Source of the DNA: Epiperipatus broadwayi
Taxonomy: Eukaryota > Animalia > Onychophora
DNA: 64,000 nt
Direction of reading: 5' to 3'
NCBI GenBank assembly: GCA_028023455.1
Contig: JAQFVV010000003.1
Location: 24,056,001 to 24,120,000 of the forward strand
Part shown: one piece after another, positions 39,606 to 51,803 of the stretch
Numbering within the stretch: position 1 is the stretch's first letter
Layout: the number at the start of each line of letters is the position of its first letter
Notes under the pieces: model-generated
What the model was told of the DNA's origin: nothing
Seen by the model: only the letters and a program-made list of their open reading frames with translations
Databases searched by the model: none
Program-made: the position numbers and the translations under genes

Positions 39606-40033
39606 TGTTATATATAGAGCTCACAAAACAAGAGTTTAACAAACTTTGTAGAATACCCCAATCTCAGACTGGTTTCTGCTACGAGCATCTTCAGTGAGGT
39701 GCTAGGATATTCAATCATTAGATTAAAAATACTAGGACAAGACCAGCACTTTATCTAATGTATAACTATTAAGTAGAAACTCTGAAGTTTTCAGACATCT
39801 ATATGTCTTCCAATCCAGCTATCTAACATAATTAGCTTGTCCTGGTATTTTTAATCTAATGATTGAATATCCTAGCACCTCACTGAGGACACCAGTAGCA
39901 GAAACTAGTCTGAGGTTGGGAATATTCTACAAAGCTTGTTAAGAGTTTGTTTTGCGAGCTCTATATATAACACTTGTAAACACAAGCTTATTAAATTAAG
40001 TCATGTGATATCTGACTTGGATTTTTTTTTAAT
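39606..40033. mobile_element. Hammerhead repeat subfamily H2, fold-back locus E
   Basis: Arms ~39606-39741 and ~39836-39980 are inverted. Minus hammerhead 39661-39700 (CTGAAGA TGCT CGT AGCA GAAAC CA GTC); plus hammerhead 39877-39916 (ACCTCA CTGAGGA...GAAAC TA GTC TGAGGT). TSD TAGCCTTTAACAAC / TAGCTTTTAACAAC (39592-39605 / 40034-40047). Confidence 0.9.
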
Positions 40034-43000
40034 TAGCTTTTAACAACATATGTTGAATGTAATCAGATAAGTTGTATAGAGTTTTGTTAATATGTGATGA
40101 GTTATACATAATTTTTATACTAAGAAAATTATTTGCATTTACAATAAACTTCATTCAATAGCACACTTAGTAATTTCTAAAAAAAAGTTTTTACTTTTTT
40201 ATCAATGAATTACATTACAATCTCTTTCATACCACAACCCAAAAATAAAGGCCATTGTAATATTTTTGAATTAATTAAGTTCTCAGTAATTTTTAATATC
40301 AAAATTGTTCATTAATTACCATGAGTTGGATCATAAAATGTTCAAAAAGTGACACCTACAAACATTTTTGCCTCTTTCTGAAAATAATAAAGGGATCAGG
40401 GAGAAAAAAGTATCTTATTTGGCTTAGCTGGTTATTGACATATCATTACAAATAATTTTACTATTACATCTTGTACTTGAATGCATATGTCATCCCAAAT
40501 AACTGATTATTTGACTTTTTAATATAAATGACTTCAATTTTTATTTTTTAATAGAATCTTTATTTTTAAATATATATATATTTGTAAAAGTAATAATAAT
40601 GTAAATATATATTATGTGTAACAATTCAGTTACATTGATGTAGTAAGTAGCATTTAAACTTGTGAGTATACAGTTTATCTAGTAATAAATTAAAGTTCTT
40701 TTAAATATTACTAACTTCTAATTTTTGAAAAATAAACAATAATGAATGGAAATCCAGGACTAATATTGATATGAAGTTCCTCTAGAACTAAACTATTTTG
40801 TTCTGGATTTCTATATTTTATTGTCTATTTTTCAGGAATTAGCAATTAATAACATATAAAAATTCATAATTTTATTATTAAATAAATAGAATGACCATCA
40901 TTACTTTGAAATGAATACTATTCTTTATGAATTATGCAGTAATAAAATTATTGAGAGCTAAAGATTTCTGGATTGATCTAATCTATCATTTCTGGTTTTC
41001 AAACATCAGATGACATCAAACTATTTGTATATTATTATGTTTCATTTATCAATATGTTTATATAATTACATATAAAAATGTGTATTCAGTTTTATCCTTC
41101 TTTGGTTCGTATTAATATTATGTCATGGGATTTGTTCTTCATGCTTTATGAATTCGATTATGACATTTTTTTATTGTGAACTATTAATTGTATTCATTGA
41201 TGATCACTTACATTTGAATTTATTATCTTTTATAGAAATTTAAAAGAAAAAACTCAGGTCAAATAATTTCATGGTAATATGTTTTTTAGAATTTTTTTTT
41301 TTTTTTTGAAAGTATTGAAAATTAATATATACACATATAAAGGACACACCAAAATTTATTTCATATTGATATTACAATACTTTCCACATTGTAGATTAAT
41401 GTGGTAATTGTTGGTTCAACTCATATCACTTTAACTCAACTTAATATGAGTTAGAATATGTGATCCTCATGAAGCGATCTATTATTTTTGGTTTAATTGT
41501 TATTATTTATATTACCATGAAATTTTTTTCAATTGGAATTATTAATGCTAAGTGTCTGTAATTTCTTGCAATAAATAATTAGCAATGGTATAACTTGAAA
41601 GATGTTTTGATTTAATGATCTTTATAAAAACTACAAAAAATTTTTTTATTTTATTAAACTTCATTATTTACTACTAATAATTTTATTAATTTAATGGTTT
41701 CTAAACGTTAAGATTCTGAATTGAAATTCAATGTTAAATATTTTTCCAAACAATGAACATTAAATGAAATTTATAAAATAACAGTAATCAATAATTACAC
41801 AATATCGTAGCATCTTATAAATTATAGTAGAACTTTGTAACCTACATAGAAGAAAAAATATTAATAAACTTACTAATTCTAATTTAATTAACTAAAAAAG
41901 TAAAAGATTATTATGTGAATATGTCAACTTTATTAAGTATTGATGAATTAAAAAAATTCATATGCTACTATGTTATTTCTCTTTTGTGCTATTATATTTT
42001 TTTTCAATTAATATTTGAAGTTTTTTGACTGATTTTGAAATAATATTAATAATGAAAAGACAATGCTACTTTTGATTTTGCTGACAGTTTATAACTAATA
42101 ATGTGTGTGGTTGTGTATAGAATTCCTTGGAAGAGAAATTATATCAGTTGATTTATGTATTTTTTTTATCAAGCTAAGCATCATACAATACTATTACAAT
42201 TAGGTGGTTAGCTGCTAACAGTCAATTGATTGAGTTATTTGATAATATGTTATAATAGCAATATAAGTGACTTCTCTTTTACTTTTACAACTAGGCAATA
42301 AATTCTGGGGTGGAAGGTCATTAAATGTCAATTTACTAAATTGTGTCAGTTATTTAAACAACATATGGGTAGAAAATTTTAAAACTGATTTAGTATATAA
42401 TAGCGTTGCCAAGAACTAGTGCATATTTATGTTTCATTCTTAAACTAGAGCGAAACTATGTAAACATTTTTTTAAAAACTATCTTATAATCCTACTTTAT
42501 TACTATATTGATGTATAGTTTAACAAAGGATTTCAAATTATAAGAAATTGATAAAAAGTATATCCACTAAGGGACTGGTTCCTATACCTTCTGGCAAACT
42601 AAATTCTGTCATTCTTTTTTTCCGAAGACAAAAAAATTTACTAATTATAATTTTATTATTTAATTAACATATATTTAATTTATATACATTACATTTTATT
42701 CTTTTATTAATTAAGTCAGACAAATTTATTGTTAAATAAATAAATATTAATATTTTTTTTTTACTTCAACTGCTGTGTATTTGGCTTAAAAGTTTTTATT
42801 CACACTTAATTCTAAAATCATATATATTAAAATCTTACAAAATAGTTGTCAAAAGTGTTCATAATAAATTATTGTTTAATCTATGAGGAGAAATTCAAAT
42901 TCTATTTTTTCTGTGTTAAATAAGTCCTAAATAAATACACAACTATTTTAGAAAATGCAACTTTTTTAAAAATTTACATTTAATTTTTTTTATTATTATA

Positions 43001-43079
43001 AAAATATAGAAAAATTTATTCTGTAATTTGGTTACAACTCATATGATAAGATCAAAATTAGAATACATTAAATGATATT

Positions 43080-44680
43080 CAAAAAAGAAAAAAGTTCAAT
43101 GACAACATATCCTGCATTATATAGCTTATGAGGACTACAGTGATCCATAGGAGCAACGGAAAGGGCCCAGGGTTTGGTATCTTGGAGGTAGGTGACTGAG
43201 CTTGCATGACTCGAAATGTACAAAGATGACACCAAAGTTTTGTCCATGCAAAAATCACAGCAATACATAGGTAAATCAGACTCTTCAGAATGGATGTCAA
43301 TGTCATCATATCCAGGGTCTGAGATATAGGCTTGAGGATGGGCGCAATTATTAGTCAAATTCCAAAGGGATGCACCTAAGCCAAGTTTTAATTGTTTCCA
43401 GTATAGGTGGTTTCTATCTAGGTATAAAAGGAACTAGCCTTGGGGAGCCATAACAATCAACTTCCATGTGGCTTCAAAGATGTAGTTGGAGGCCAAATTC
43501 TGATCTCTCCTCCAAATTTTATCTATATATATGATTAAAGGTGAGTCAGCAATGGGTGAACTACAGCAAAAATAATATGAACATTGATAAACATATTTCT
43601 GGGACAGATACACATAGTATGTTGTCAATAAGTGTTGATAATGTAGGCATTTGTCTTTTAGCATCGAGGCTATAATGTCTCTATAGGGTTGAAGGAAAAG
43701 GCAATGGCAGAGGAGATGCATTCTTCATGTCTGAGGCATAGATAGCAAGTGGCATTAATACTTGAGAAACCTCGGCAGGGTACTAGGAAATGTTTGGTAG
43801 GCAAGACATTAATGTTAATTTTCAATAGGAAGTCAAAGAATTTAGGCTAAAGGAACCAGTGCTTAAATTTCTTGATTAGCAGATGGTTATTGAGCTGAAG
43901 AAGGGTTGATCTTATGGAAAGATCAGGATATAGGATTTAATAACACTTCCTAGAAATTACTTTTTGTAGAGGATGGCTTATTAGAAATAGCAGTGAACTT
44001 AGATATATGGGATATGAAGGTTGCCAGCCAGCCAGTGCTAACAGGGGGAGACTTGTTTGTGGAAGATATATCTTTAAAGGGTGATGTGTTAGGATACTGC
44101 AGAAACATTCTGTAGACAGTGTTGTAGAAGCATTGAAATATGAAAGTATCTATGGAGTGTAGGGGTAGCCCTTTGAGATTTGTGTGTTTCTGTAGGCCTC
44201 TAATCAGATCGATGTACAGCTTATGTACTTTCCTGATGAAGGTTTTAGTGAAGTTGATCACTGGGATGAAATAGGATATTTTAGGGAATATTAATATATT
44301 GATGAGGGAGGACTTGGCAAATATGGACATATATACTTTGGAAAGGGAGAATGTAATTTTCTGTGTAGATTGAAGTAGCTTATCTTGGATAGATCTCCTC
44401 TTGGCCATAGTGGATTCAAATATAGGGAAGCCTAAGAAATTTTGTGGCCTTGCTGTAAATGAGCCAGGAATGTTTTTACCAGAAGATAATTGCCAGGTAG
44501 ACAACTTGGCCATATTAAATTGGAGGCCAGATTGATGAGAAAACTCCTCAAGCACTGATAGAAGCCTGGAAATTAGCTTTTTCGATGGAAGAAAAATGGC
44601 CAAGTCGTCCATGTGAGTAATATGGTGGTTTGATGTATTGTGACAGAACAAGTTTATTGTTAAATAAATAATTATTAATG
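43080..44680 (-). mobile_element. 5'-truncated L1/Tx1-like LINE relic (RT thumb to C-terminal zinc finger)
   Basis: HMDDLAIF...LEEFSHQSGLQFNMAK, LINILIFPKISY, then C..C...E...HL..C and W..LC motifs in broken frames. Confidence 0.75.
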
Positions 44681-47600
44681 CTTTTTCAGATACTGTATTT
44701 TTTATTAGCAATACTCTTTTCTGCCAGATTTTTATCAACAGTTAGTTCTTTTTTATAAGAGTAACTATTTTAGTTGCTTAATAACAATTTACATCCAGCA
44801 CTTTTGGATAATTATGTCATTTGGTACTACTTCCATTTCACTTATTATTTTATAAATATATAGAATAGATTATTATATTAATGTATCCATATAACACTTC
44901 ATGCTTTAAATCAAATATGACCAAATTTTTACTTAATCAATTCTGGCCACTTTGCATACCAGAAGAAAAAAAAGGAAAGGGAAATGCTACAATTTAATGA
45001 AATAATTGATAGATTTATTATGAATCAGTATTATACTTTCAATTAAAATTATATAAATTAATTACAACTACTTCAAAAATAATCAGTAAGGAAAATAAAG
45101 TGACTGTATATCACCCTATCAATTTTTCATGTTAAGCTGCTTGTTAGATATCATTATTATTTTCTTTATACAAGGCAGAAAAAATAAAGCATGGCATAGG
45201 CTAATCATAATCATTCAGAGCTGAGCTACATTAAATACATTATCCAGTGCATCATTAGTTTCGATTATTAGCCATATCATAATAAGTGGTGCTAGTGTAG
45301 ATATTCCCATAATAATATAAAAAATGTATAAGAGTGAAAAATATGTGCTGAAAGTTTGATAAATAAACTTTTGTGATAAATAAATTTGTTTGATAAATTT
45401 ATTAACAAGTTATAAATATTTCCAAAGTTAAAAATGGATAAACAAAACCATAATAATGATAAAATATAATGTTCATTGTCAAGTAAGTTGGTATTTACAT
45501 AACAACTGAATGTAGTTTGGGACTTATAATATCATATTTCACTACTGTATGGAAAAAGTTGCCACTGTGTTATCACATTGCATGCTTACATAGGACACAT
45601 AAATGGACCTTCTGAATTTGATCTGATTTGTGGGTCATAGATTGATCATGTTGGCACTAAACATATATATATTATATTTATTTATTAAAAGTTTGTAATC
45701 TAAGTAATTCTTATTTTAAAAAAAAGCTTTTCTAAAAAAAAAAGGCAAAATTATTTTACAATAATATAGTATTATAATAATTATATTTTAATTGGCTTAA
45801 GTTGAAAAGTCACTGACTTTTGACCTCACAGCTGCAGAAATGTTTGCAAATTGCTAATAATTTTGCTTTACTAAAAAATTATTAAAAATAAGTATAGTTA
45901 AATTGTCAATTCTTTATATATTCTTAAAAACAATAGTTTTGAATTCCAATACTGTTTGGAATTATATTAAACATTTTTAGAAAAGAAACTACACATATAA
46001 GTGGATTCATTTATTGCATCAAATATCAAGTGATTGCATTAGAATTAGATGTTGATGACCTCTATTTTTGTGTCAGTTAATTGGTAGCATATGACATCTT
46101 TTTGTAATTAGCGTATAACTGAAATATAATAGTGTGGTATTGCTATCTAGATGAACTAACAAGTTTTTTGAATTAAAAATCTTGAAATTTTAATATTTTC
46201 ATTAGCTAGTATGTAAACTGAACACCAGATGGTATGATTGTAATCCATTTTCTTTAATTGGTATCTGATTACTGATCTTTCCTAGTGAAGGATTTTATTT
46301 CTTGCAGTTACACATCTAATAGCATAGTTATAAAGATTTTATAATAGACTAATGACTATATATTTTTAGTGATTTCACTTCTATATTAAATGTGGCCATT
46401 TGATGAAAATTAGTCTAGATATGAATTATGACATTACTGCTACTCAATTTTCATTGATTACACAGGTTTACAAGAAATAGTGCTGAAATAGTGTAAATAG
46501 AGTGAATACAGCTTTTAAAAACATATGCAGAATGTCACCAAAAAAACTGTGTGGTGTTATGTTAGAAACAATCTACTCGGTTTTCTCTTTAATAAATATT
46601 GCTTTTAAATTTCTATATAAGGTCTGTAGTCATCTTCTTAAACAGTCATAGATACTATTCTTTTGATACAATATGCAGTTTACTCAATGCTGATTAGGAG
46701 CCGCTATTAATATATTCATGTTATTTAATACCATCATCTCTTAATTATTAATCAGATATGCATGATGCTGTTTATCCTATCTGATAGACAGTAAGCTTAA
46801 ACTGCTTTCATTCTACACATTCTATGGCAAATCAAATGCTAATGGATATTTTAAATGACAAAATTTGCCACTGTTCCAAATTTTATAATCAGAGGTGATG
46901 TATTTCCAATAGAGACATTCAGAACTCACAATGCTGCTTCATGGCAAGGAATACTTTATAAAGGACAGTTTATACATCCATTTAGATTGTTGCAAATTTT
47001 ACAGGTGATATTTGATCTAATATACATTTAAATCTATCTCAAGTATGAATGGTATTTGGACACTCATTATCAGAAATAACACATGATGTGATCAAACTGT
47101 GAAAAACTTACTCTCCAACATCATATCTTTGTTAAAATATATTTGTTATTTAGTATGTATGTGTGTGCATTCTTGTCAATAACTAGATTTTTTTTAAAAA
47201 AAATTGTATTCTGTTCATTGTGTAAAATATTATAAAGTATAAACTCATTTCTACTTAAAAACAAATAATGAAGGTTGTGGCAAATTATGATATCTATGTA
47301 TTGAAATAAAATATTTTCAGCCAGAATTTAAGACAATATTCGAGAGACTAAAGATTACAAATGTTAAGGTGGCAGATAAAACAAAACTCAACATATGTGG
47401 TCTCACAGTCTATTGGTAAATTCTTGAGTTCTGCTTTTGCAGAAAATGAAAACAATAGTAATTGAAGTTAGTTATCTGATGATGGAAATAATACAAAAAT
47501 TATGAGTGAGAGGTGCAATGACTAAATAAACTTTTGAGAAGTTTATGCAATTATTATGTAGATGGATTAATTAGACTAAAAAAGAAACTTATTAAATAAG

Positions 47601-48369
47601 AGCAGAAATGTTGACAGTAAAGAAAAAGGTGAGGATGTCAGAGGTTTTAGGAATGTAGATTTGAAAAGTATTAACAATATTCAAGTTAATAAAAATGCAA
47701 TTTTTTGAGAAAACTATAAAAATAGAAATATGTGTATTTGAAGGCAGAAAATTAAGAAAGTTAACGCCGAGGAGTATAGAAAATATAATGGAAAAAAAAA
47801 AGATTAATGATCGTATGGAAATAGTTTAGATTATTTTAAACAGAACAAGAAGAGGTAGAGCAGCTTGGAGAAGTTGGCTTGGTTTAGTATATGAAACAAG
47901 TCTATTGGCAGATAATTGGTGATAAAGATTTGTTTAAACATTTGTTATGTAAAATGGATTGTTTTATAGTTTCATTGAAATACTTCATTTATAGAGCTTA
48001 CATAATGTAAATATAAAACTAAAAGTATTTTTATTGATCTGTATGACTAATTATCGCAAATAAAGTGAAATCTGATTACTGTAAATAAGAATCAAGCTTA
48101 TTCTGATTTATAACCAATGATGTTAGAATTTGACCTAATTGATGAAGGAGATTCGCTTGAAAACCAACCTTTTGAGGATTATATTGTTGTAGTTAACAAT
48201 TCAGACTTTGGCTCTTCTTTCTTAGTTAATATTGCTCAAATAGAAGACACTTTAATTTTTTTTTTTTTTTAATTAAGAAAAAATTTACAGTGTCAGGTAG
48301 CTACATTTGATAATTATAATAGTTTCATATAGAAGTTCAAAGTTTTGCAACCAATTTGTGTGGTATTGT

Positions 48370-48790
48370 CATAACATTTCCTGCAGTAGTCTGAGATGTT
48401 CTCATCGTCACAAATGATAATCTGTGCCCATGTGTCTACAAAGAGACACTCTGGCACAAGGAGTCAATCTCTGTACTTCATGCTTGTTATTATTGTTTTA
48501 AAAGTTATCCAAGGATCACTATGTCCTTGTCTAAAGATATGCTGGCACCTGGTGATCCATAAGGCATGTAGTAGGCATGCCGCTAGCCTGATAGTTGCAT
48601 ATTTGTCATTGTATTTAGCATAGATTTCTGGGGTATATAATCATTGTTGATACTATTTTGGGTTACTTTGACAGGTTTTTTAAGGTTTTCTTTAATTTTA
48701 CTGTTTGAATTCTGAGTGTTACAGCTCATTTTCTTTCTGCTCTGTTTAGACTGAGGCTTCTCCCCAGAATCCATTTTGAACTGTTTATCA
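48370..48790 (-). mobile_element. Short L1/Tx1-like relic: basic N-terminal peptide joined to a C-terminal ALWITRCQHIF segment
   Basis: ORF 48583-48774 (MDSGEKPQSKQSRKK...) followed by AACLLHALWITRCQHIFRQ. Confidence 0.45.
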
Positions 48791-48978
48791 AAACGTTTTA
48801 CAATGGAAATGAAGTTCTAATAATCTAATTTCACTTTTTTAAAGCCTTTAATCTTCTGAATATTTAAGAAAGGTTCTTACCTTTGCTGTAATCCTAATAA
48901 GAAGTCAATTTTTCAACAAATTCACAGTAAATCCAATACAAATAAAATTACTTGATGTGTCCCTTTATTTGCTAGTAT

Positions 48979-48991
48979 GCGCCACCTAGTG
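48979..48991 (-). promoter_or_regulatory. CTCF-like motif
   Basis: CACTAGGTGGCGC on the minus strand matches the CTCF core and keeps its CpG. Confidence 0.4.
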
Positions 48992-50429
48992 ACACTCTAC
49001 CAGTCTTATAGACAGATTATCTTATGTATAAATCAATATATTTATTAATCTTGCACGGATTGATACAGTTTCAAGATTGATTTTCATCTAAACAATTTTT
49101 TTAAAATTTTGTTATTTCAGACAACTGAATAGAACTAATGTATTTAATCTGCCACTAGAGTGCTCAAACGTCTCTTGACTTTACAAGCAATTAATCGTAT
49201 GATTATCTATTTAATAACTAATGTTTTAATGATTATAAACTGATGGCGTTCAAAAGAATGATTACTATCAGAAATGATTCTTTTATTGTTGTTTTTGCTT
49301 TTTTTTTTGAAAAAAAGTTTTAAAATTGATTTTAAAAAAATAGCTGCATCAAGTGGCAAACAGCCTTTAACAACCAGTGTTATGTTAAGTATACAGATAG
49401 CACTTGTACTATTATGCCTAGACAGTTTAATCTGGCACAAAGCATACACACATATACTATATAATATTGTTTTGTTTTTATCTTTTGAGATATTCTCAAT
49501 AAATAAATAAAACATTTTTTTAAAAGTAATTGTTTCTTTTTATTTTAAATGGTGAATATTAAATTTTAAATTTGTATTTCTATTGGTTTGACAACATAAA
49601 TTAGTCTTTTAAAAACCACTTTAAATTCCATTTATTGAAAATTATACCTTCTAGTTTTGTAATTGCTGTATTTGTTCATCAATTTAATGGTTGCATGTTT
49701 AAGAATTCCCCATAAGCATACTATATACAGTCTAGCCGCAGCAGTAGGATGCAACCTGTCGATTAGCACATATAGCCAGCAGCTTTGATTTACCTTGGAC
49801 TGGTAAAACAGAAAAGATGGTATGATTTTTAAGATTTATTTACTGTTGAACAATTTTTAAAATGTATTCGTAATGATATCTATACAAGTGAATCTAAAGG
49901 TGACAAACATTCACAACTATGATACCATCCTCCCACACAAATATATCAATGATTATTACTACGAATCTTTGATTAAATTAGATATTATCCTATCATTTAA
50001 ACTAAAATAGACATTTGTAAACTTTAATTAAAGATGACTTATAATAATTAATTCAAAACCATTCCACTTTTTTCCCATGTTTTTTTTTTCTTCATATATT
50101 TAAAGTATATGTGATAAACTAGAAAGTTATAAATATATGTAAAATATTTCCACCTGTATCAGATAAACTTGTGCATTTTTGGTAATTAGGTATGTAAGTA
50201 ATAAAGTTTAGTTTACACACTAGAAGAAATTAGCTGAATGATCGCCTTCTTAATACCCTACATGTTGGCATTGTTTTGAGCATTTTAAACCTCAAGCAAA
50301 TTATCATGACTCTTCCAACCTAATTTCCTCATATGCCTTGAAAACAGCAATCCATTCATATTTTATTTATTACTGAAAGATCTATTATATCCTTCAAAAT
50401 TTATCAGTGTTTTTTAGATGGTGATTTCA

Positions 50430-50760
50430 CATTCATTGCCTCAGACTGATTTCTGGTTATTGATCCAATGCTTGCCAATATTGAAAGCCATTAGCCAGAA
50501 ATAAGTCTGGTGGTATTGGAATAAAATAGAGTGGGTTTCTAAAAAAAATGCATATGACTTTATTGTTTGGGAGGTTGTAAGAAGTTTGAGTGTCAGCCTG
50601 CAAGCACTAAAATCGACCCTGGAACCTCCCATTTCCAAGTCAGACACTCTATAAACTGTTGTACCAGTCAAAATAGTATGCTCACTTAACAAGATTCAAA
50701 TCCTAAGCAAAAGTACCTTGAATCCGATCATGCTTGAGATACACAGGTCTGGAGCAATCC
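50430..50760 (-). mobile_element. Possible L1/Tx1-like fragment
   Basis: YFDW...VYRVSDLEMGGSRVDFSACRLTLKL resembles the post-RT GG..D segment. Confidence 0.35.
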
Positions 50761-51475
50761 TGAATTCTAACTTATTTGCCTATTCTTCAAGTCTCTGACA
50801 CAATGAACAACAACCCCCATGATACAGCACAATTATTTTAATTCCAGTCCCAGAAGCAAAGCGGTGAAGCATAAGGCCAGAATGATGATAATGATGATCA
50901 AGATAAGAGTAGCCCCAGAATTACATTTATCGAAGTTATATTTATTAATGCTAGGTTATTAGCTAAAAAAAATAATTCTAAATACTAATTAGAAAATAAT
51001 AATTCAAAACAAACCAGGATTTATATGAAATATATATTTAATAAAATATTGAGAAAACGCATATATCTGTTATAAAAGGTTTCACGATTGGGATGATATT
51101 GTTTATTTACAAAACTTGGGATTTTTTTTTATAAAATCCCCTTTATTAATCATTTACTGAATACACTTTTATGGAGTGTATTGTAACTTGTGCGGAGTTA
51201 ATATGCCAATTTAATAACATTTTACTAACAGAACGTTGTGGATGCCTAAAATAAATATAAAAGATTGTGACAGGTTTAGTACTAAATGATTTGATAAACA
51301 GGCAAAATATATACTTTTATTGGCATTGTTTGGAAAAGACGTCTTTGGAACTTATAAATAAGAAACAAAAATTTTATCGTGGAAAAATATATAAGAAACA
51401 AACAATGCACTACATTTACAAGAATACATGATACAATCATTAATGTAAATTGATTTACGTCTATGGGAATCGATT

Positions 51476-51803
51476 AGTATTTTAAAAGAAAGCAGTTTTA
51501 AGGTCAACATATTGATTAATTAGCATGTTGGCGCATTTCATGAATGAGTCATTATTTCCAACACCTAACAAAAGGTCAAACAGGCATAAATCATTTAAAT
51601 AAAGAAATACGGATCTTATGGTAGTTTGAATGCTTCATCAGTATTTTAAAAGAAAGCAGTTTTAAGATCAACATATTGATTAATTAGCATGTTGGCGCAT
51701 TTCATGAATGAGTCATTATTTCCAACACCTAACGAAAGGTCAAACAGGCATAAATCATTTAAATAAAGAAATACGGATCTTATGGTAGTTTGAATGCTTC
51801 ATC
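51476..51803. repeat. 164-bp near-perfect tandem duplication
   Basis: AGTATTTTAAAAGAAAGCAG...GAATGCTTCATC x2, about 2 substitutions. Confidence 0.95.

Noticed and set aside
47260-48300. Purine-rich stretch resembling a decayed ORF
   Set aside because: No recognisable motif and many stops; cannot be assigned.
50850-50900. RTE-like 3' end with GAT repeats
   Set aside because: No upstream homology to the RTE in this window and no TSD.
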